Part shown: positions 27,521 through 32,000 of the stretch, in pieces
Layout: the number at the start of each line of letters is the position of its first letter
How positions within the stretch are numbered: position 1 is the stretch's first letter
NCBI RefSeq assembly: GCF_019798055.1
Contig: NZ_JAHOPH010000006.1
Coordinates: 133,097 to 165,096 of the forward strand
DNA length: 32,000 bases
Origin: Salsipaludibacter albus
GTDB taxonomy: Bacteria > Actinomycetota > Nitriliruptoria > Nitriliruptorales > Nitriliruptoraceae
Direction: 5' to 3'
Translations under genes and position numbers: made by a program
The notes under the pieces: generated by a model
The model's input: only the letters and a program-made list of their open reading frames with translations
Told to the model about the DNA's origin: nothing
Database searches by the model: none

Positions 27521-27602
27521 CGGCGATCCCCCCGACCCGGTCGTCCACAGCAGGGTCGATGACCTGCCCGGCCGGTCCCGACCGCTGGTCCGCTGCCGTG
27601 GC

Positions 27603-28310
27603 ATGGCCACGAACCGCTCGTCCTCCCCTCCCGCGACCGACGACGCCGGTCCACGCATCGGCGTGGGTGCGGACCGGATCCTGCACCCGCTGCGGACCCG
27701 TTCCCTCCACCTCGGGTCGCTCCTGCGCGGACCGCTGCCACGTCTTCCCGCAGCGCTGGACCGGGTGGCGGAGGGCTGGTGGCGGCTGCCGCCCCGTGCT
27801 CGCCCGGTCGCCGTCCTGGTCGCCGTGGTACTCGTCCTGTCCGGGCTGGTGGGCAGGGCCCGCACGTCACCGTGGGGTCCACCGGTGCGGGTCCTCGTCG
27901 CCGCGGGCGACCTGTCCGACGGCGACGAGGTCCGTGCCGTGGCGACGACCTGGCCGCGCGACCTCGTCCCGTCGGACCACCTCGCCACGACGCCCGACGG
28001 CGTCGCCACGCGTCCCGTGCGTGCCGGGGAGGTGCTCACCGAGACCCACGTGGCCGCCACCCGCTCGGACCTGCTCGCGCCCGACGAGGTGGCGCTGGCG
28101 GTCGACCGGGAGCTCGGGCTGCCGCCCGGCGCACCGGTCGACGTGCTGGGGACCGACTTCGACGGGCGTGGCCGCCTGCTCGGCCACGGACGACTGCTGG
28201 CCGTGGACGAGGCACGCAGCTGGATCGCGGTGTCGCGAGCAGCCGCCCCCGCGATGGCCGCTGGCCTGGCGTCCGGGCAGGTGACCATCGCACTGGCCCG
28301 TGGCGAGTAG
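27603..28310 (+). CDS. SAF-domain membrane-anchored protein (CpaB-like SAF domain)
   Basis: TM ARPVAVLVAVVLVLSGLVGRA followed by VRVLVAAGDLSDGDEVRAVATTWPRDLVPSDHL...RPVRAGEVLTETHVA. Confidence 0.75.
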   Translation: MATNRSSSPPATDDAGPRIGVGADRILHPLRTRSLHLGSLLRGPLPRLPAALDRVAEGWWRLPPRARPVAVLVAVVLVLSGLVGRARTSPWGPPVRVLVAAGDLSDGDEVRAVATTWPRDLVPSDHLATTPDGVATRPVRAGEVLTETHVAATRSDLLAPDEVALAVDRELGLPPGAPVDVLGTDFDGRGRLLGHGRLLAVDEARSWIAVSRAAAPAMAAGLASGQVTIALARGE

Positions 28311-28409
28311 CGTCCGGGGCGATCGCGTCCCGTGCTCGCCCCGACGCGACCCAGCCCAACACGCACACCCGCCCGCACCCCAGACCGCACGCCACACCAG
28401 GACCCGTCC

Positions 28410-29231
28410 ATGCTTTCTGCGATCCTGCTCGGGATCATCCAGGGACTGACCGAGTTCCTCCCGGTGTCGTCGTCCGGGCACCTGCAGATCATCCCGTACC
28501 TGTTCGGTCTCGAGCCGGGACCGCTCGCCTTCGACGTGGCCGTGCACGTCGGCACGCTGCTGGCCGTGGTGGCCTACTTCTGGGTCGACCTGTGGGAGTT
28601 GGGTGTCGGGGCCCTCGGGCTCGGCGAGCGCACCCCCGAGCGGGTCCGCCGCGCCCGGCTCGAGCTCGGCCTGCTGGCGGTGGCATCGGTCCCGGCGGCC
28701 GTCGTGGGGTGGGCGCTGTCGAGCACCTTCGAGGAGCGCTTCGGCGACCCACGACTGGCAGCCGTCATGCTGTTCGTGACGGCCGGCCTGCTGCTGGGGG
28801 CCGAGCGGCTCTACGCCCGGCGCTCGGCGACCGGCAGGGTGGCCTCCAACGGCCGGGACGCCATCACCATGGGTCTGGCGCAGTCGTTGGCGATCATCCC
28901 GGGGATCTCGCGCTCCGGTGCCACCATCGCCGCCGGCATGGCCACCGGCCTGACCCGCGCCGCGGCCGCGCGCTTCTCGTTCCTGATGTCCATCCCGGTC
29001 ATCCTCGGGGCGTTCGTGCTCGAACTGCCCGAGCTCAGCGAAGGCGCGCTCGCGGGGACCGGCTACACCCCCGCCGACGTCGTCGCGGGCACCGTCGCGG
29101 CCGCGATCTCCGGCTACGTCGCCGTGCGGTTCCTGATGCGGCTCGTCACCAACGACACCCTCCGGGGATTCGCCTGGTACGTCATCGCACTGGGGACGAT
29201 CACGCTCCTGGCCAGCCCGTTCATCCAATGA
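28410..29231 (+). CDS. uppP: Undecaprenyl-diphosphatase (BacA/UppP)
   Basis: LLGIIQGLTEFLPVSSSGHL, GLAQSLAIIPGISRSGATIAAGM, FSFLMSIPVILGA. Confidence 0.95.
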   Translation: MLSAILLGIIQGLTEFLPVSSSGHLQIIPYLFGLEPGPLAFDVAVHVGTLLAVVAYFWVDLWELGVGALGLGERTPERVRRARLELGLLAVASVPAAVVGWALSSTFEERFGDPRLAAVMLFVTAGLLLGAERLYARRSATGRVASNGRDAITMGLAQSLAIIPGISRSGATIAAGMATGLTRAAAARFSFLMSIPVILGAFVLELPELSEGALAGTGYTPADVVAGTVAAAISGYVAVRFLMRLVTNDTLRGFAWYVIALGTITLLASPFIQ

Positions 29232-29253
29232 CGACGCAAGCCCCCGTCTCGGG

Positions 29254-29829
29254 TCACGCCGACAGGCGCTGGCGTGCCCGGCCACTGCGCGTGCCCACCG
29301 GGACGCGCCCCGCGGCGGCCGCCATCCCGAACAACGGCATGTTGACGTAGATGCCCTCGTAGTCCCCCGGCTCCACGACGTAGGTCTCGTGCCAGATCCC
29401 GACGTCGTCGCGGTCCGCGAGCTCGCGGTTGAAGCGTCGCCACGCCTCCAGGTGCGGATTGTCGCGATCGGCGGCGAAGGCCATCAACGCCTGCGGGGAC
29501 TCCCAGTACTGCAGCGACAGCGAGGTGCGGCCACGGGTGAACTGCTCCACGTGGCGCAGCCCGAGCTCGGGCACGTCGGCCAGCGCGGCCAGCATCGCCG
29601 GCATCGCCTTCGTCACCCACCACCATCGCCGCGGGTTCCACGGTCGGTTGACCCGCATGCCGATCAGGAACACGGCCATGGGCTCGCGGAGCTCGGCCGT
29701 GTGCCGGCCCGGCTCGACCGTCGTGTGCCACCAGGCGGCCGGCCCTCGGCCCGGTTCGCGGTCGGGGTCGCGGTGGGGGCCCGGGGTCGGATCGGTCGGC
29801 GCAGGGCTCGGGGTGTCGCGATGGACCAT
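29254..29829 (-). CDS. DUF4188-like protein (monooxygenase-like fold)
   Basis: MAVFLIGMRVNRPWNPRRWWWVTKAMPAMLAAL...QYWESPQALMAFAADRDNPHLEAWRRFNREL...VGIWHETYVVEPGDYEGIYVNMPLFGMA. Confidence 0.78.
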   Translation of the reverse strand: MVHRDTPSPAPTDPTPGPHRDPDREPGRGPAAWWHTTVEPGRHTAELREPMAVFLIGMRVNRPWNPRRWWWVTKAMPAMLAALADVPELGLRHVEQFTRGRTSLSLQYWESPQALMAFAADRDNPHLEAWRRFNRELADRDDVGIWHETYVVEPGDYEGIYVNMPLFGMAAAAGRVPVGTRSGRARQRLSA

Positions 29830-29889
29830 GTCGGGAACCTTCCTCCATGTTCGGGCCTGCCCGCCGGACGGGGGCTACGCTGGTTTCCG

Positions 29890-29911
29890 AACGTTGTTAT
29901 CAAACAGTGTT
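29890..29911. promoter_or_regulatory. Candidate TetR-type operator in divergent promoter region
   Basis: Imperfect palindrome AAC-GT-TGTT-ATCA-AACA-GT-GTT located 25 bp before the ATG of the TetR gene and ~60 bp before the divergent gene; unusually AT-rich for this window. Confidence 0.55.
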
Positions 29912-29936
29912 ACAGAACCCCCGGGAGGTTGTCAAC

Positions 29937-30524
29937 ATGGCCCGACCCCGCGTCCACGACGACACGACCCGCGAGCGACTGCTCGACACGGCCGGGACCA
30001 TCCTGCGACGCGACGGCGCGACGGCCCTGACCGTGCGACGGCTCGCGGACGACGCGGGCGTGTCCACCAGTGCGATCTACAGCCTGTTCGGGGGCAAGGA
30101 GGACGTGGTCCGAGCCATGTACCGGGAGGGTTTCGCCAACCTGGCGCGTCTGCAGGCCGCCGTCGAGACCGATGATCCCGCGACCCGACTCCATCGCCAC
30201 GCGCTGGCCTACCGCGAGGCCGCCCGCAGCCGACCCCACCTGTTCGACGTGATGTTCGCCTGCCCGTTCCCCGAGTTCGAGCCCAGCGACAGCGACCAGG
30301 CCCTGAGCATGGGCACGCTCGAGGCCCTGCAGGACGCCGTGGTCGAGGGAATCCGCACGGGCGTCGTCGCCGGAGACCCGGCCGTGGTCACCATGGCGCT
30401 GTGGAGCACCGTCCACGGCCTGGCCACGCTCGAACTGGCCGGGAGCCTGGACGTCGCCACCGACGCCGACGAGGTGTGGGCGACGACGATCGACGCGGTG
30501 CTGGCGGGCCTGGCACCCGCCTGA
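29937..30524 (+). CDS. TetR/AcrR family transcriptional regulator
   Basis: RERLLDTAGTILRRDGATALTVRRLADDAGVSTSAIYSLFGGKEDVVRAMYREGF; GGGAGG upstream of ATG 29937. Confidence 0.9.
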   Translation: MARPRVHDDTTRERLLDTAGTILRRDGATALTVRRLADDAGVSTSAIYSLFGGKEDVVRAMYREGFANLARLQAAVETDDPATRLHRHALAYREAARSRPHLFDVMFACPFPEFEPSDSDQALSMGTLEALQDAVVEGIRTGVVAGDPAVVTMALWSTVHGLATLELAGSLDVATDADEVWATTIDAVLAGLAPA

Positions 30525-30535
30525 GGCCCGACGTC

Positions 30536-31966
30536 TCAGGCGGCCTCGTCGAGCGCCTGCCACAACCGGTCGACGTCCTCCTGCTGGGTCCACGTCGCGC
30601 CCAGCGAGATCCGCAGGAAGCGCTGGCCGTCCAGCTCCGACGCGGTCAGGCCCAGGTCGGTGTGCGCCGTCATCGTGTCCAGGAAGACCGTGTTGCGCCG
30701 CGGATCGGCGTGCCGGACGCTCACCAGTGCGAACGGGGTGGGCGCGACCAGGGTGAACCGGTGGTCGGCCTCCAGGCGCTCCGTGAGTCCACGCGCCCAG
30801 GCCAGGTGCTCGCGGATGCGCGCCCGCAGGCCGTCGGTCCCGAAGGACCGCAGGACCCACCACAGCTTGAGCGCCCGGAACCGCCGACCCAGCGGCACGT
30901 GCCAGTCGCGGTAGTCCACGACCTCCCCGGACTCCGACGCCGTGTTGCGCAGGTATGGCGGCACGATCGACAGGGTGTCGACCAGCGGGGCCCGGTCCGC
31001 CACCCAGAACAGCGAGCAGTCGAAGTTCGTGAACAGCCACTTGTGCGCGTTGGTGACGTAGGAGTCTGCCAGTTCCAGGCCGTCCTGGAGATGGCGCAGT
31101 TCGGGGCACAGCATCGCCGTGCCCGCATAGGCCGCGTCGACGTGGTGCCACAGGCCGTGGTCGCGGGCGATCTCGCCGATGCGCCGGACCGGGTCGACCG
31201 CGGTGGTCCCGGTCGTGCCCACCGCCGAGCACACGAACATCGGCACGAGCCCGTCCGCCCGGTCGGCCGCGACGGCCGCGGACAGGTCGACCGGGTCCAT
31301 GGCGTGGGCGTCGTCGGTACTGACCAGGCGCACGTGGCCGATGCCGGCGACCCGGGCACCCTTCTCGATCGACGAGTGGGCCTGCTCCGAGGCGTAGACG
31401 ACGCAGTCCTCCGCTGCCGCACCCGCGATCGTCGCCCGGGTGCGCGCAACCACAAGGGCCGTGTGGGTCGCGTCCGAGGCCGACATCTGGATGACCCCAC
31501 CGCCGGGCCCCGTGTCGACCCGCCACGACGACGGCAGCCCGAGCTCGTCGACCAGCCAGTCGAGCACGGTCGACTCGACCTCGGTGGCGGCCGGCGACGT
31601 CGACCACAGCATGCCCTGCACGCCCAGTCCCGCCGACACCAGTTCACCGAGCACGGACGGCGGGGACGAGTTGGCCGGGAAGTAGGCCATCCAGCCCGGA
31701 TGCTGCCAATGGGTCAGGCCCGGGACGACGATCTCGTCCAGGTCGGCCAGCATGTCCGCGAACGGCTCGGGTCGGCGTGGCGCACGGGCCGGGAGGGCCC
31801 GGCGGACGTCACCGGGCGCGACCGGCGACCACACGGGCCGGTCCCGGAGCGTGGCGAGGTAGTCGGCGACCCAGTCCACCGCCGCGTGGCCGTTGCGGCG
31901 GAAGGCGTCGAGGTCCATCGGGTCGTCGGGCGCCTCGTCGGGCGCGTCGTCGTGCGACGTGGTCAT
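30536..31966 (-). CDS. Pyridoxal-phosphate-dependent decarboxylase (aromatic-L-amino-acid decarboxylase family)
   Basis: LTHWQHPGWMAYFPANSSPPSVLGELVSAGL, WHVDAAYAGTAMLCPE, SYVTNAHKWLFTNFDCSLFWV (PLP lysine). Confidence 0.92.
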   Translation of the reverse strand: MTTSHDDAPDEAPDDPMDLDAFRRNGHAAVDWVADYLATLRDRPVWSPVAPGDVRRALPARAPRRPEPFADMLADLDEIVVPGLTHWQHPGWMAYFPANSSPPSVLGELVSAGLGVQGMLWSTSPAATEVESTVLDWLVDELGLPSSWRVDTGPGGGVIQMSASDATHTALVVARTRATIAGAAAEDCVVYASEQAHSSIEKGARVAGIGHVRLVSTDDAHAMDPVDLSAAVAADRADGLVPMFVCSAVGTTGTTAVDPVRRIGEIARDHGLWHHVDAAYAGTAMLCPELRHLQDGLELADSYVTNAHKWLFTNFDCSLFWVADRAPLVDTLSIVPPYLRNTASESGEVVDYRDWHVPLGRRFRALKLWWVLRSFGTDGLRARIREHLAWARGLTERLEADHRFTLVAPTPFALVSVRHADPRRNTVFLDTMTAHTDLGLTASELDGQRFLRISLGATWTQQEDVDRLWQALDEAA

Positions 31967-32000
31967 CGGTCCTCCGTTCCCGACGTCGAGGATCCTCGGC

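Overview
High-GC actinobacterial-type chromosomal window, almost entirely protein-coding. I see no rRNA, CRISPR array, transposase, integrase or phage module. Left to right: end of a LivM-type permease and a branched-chain amino-acid-type substrate-binding lipoprotein; a CPA2 antiporter coupled to a TrkA_C-type regulatory protein; an alpha/beta hydrolase plus TetR unit preceded by two identical-arm inverted repeats; a compact sulfur-type gene set (SQR-like flavoprotein, DsrC-like protein with one terminal Cys, DsrE-like protein); MaoC hydratase; HAD phosphatase; asparaginase II family protein; membrane protein; a small Pro/Asp repeat protein; a large FAD/[4Fe-4S] dehydrogenase translationally coupled to a zinc-ribbon membrane protein; two acyl-CoA dehydrogenases; DoxX, YbaK-like, EamA and SDR genes; tRNA-Ala(CGC); the sepX/glpR - moaC - moeA - galU block with divergent 5-FTHF cyclo-ligase-like and FmdB-like genes; a TAT-exported sugar isomerase-like protein; SAF-domain protein; uppP; a DUF4188-like/TetR divergent pair with a palindromic candidate operator; and a PLP decarboxylase. 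Most of the window is ordinary. The best leads are the sulfur-type cassette with a DsrC variant lacking the penultimate Cys, the paired GGCTAA-N5-TTAGCC operators, the degenerate cyclo-ligase motif, and the PD-repeat ORF. I did not find convincing evidence of a completely new defence or mobile system. All family assignments come from recognising motifs in the translations; no database search was run.
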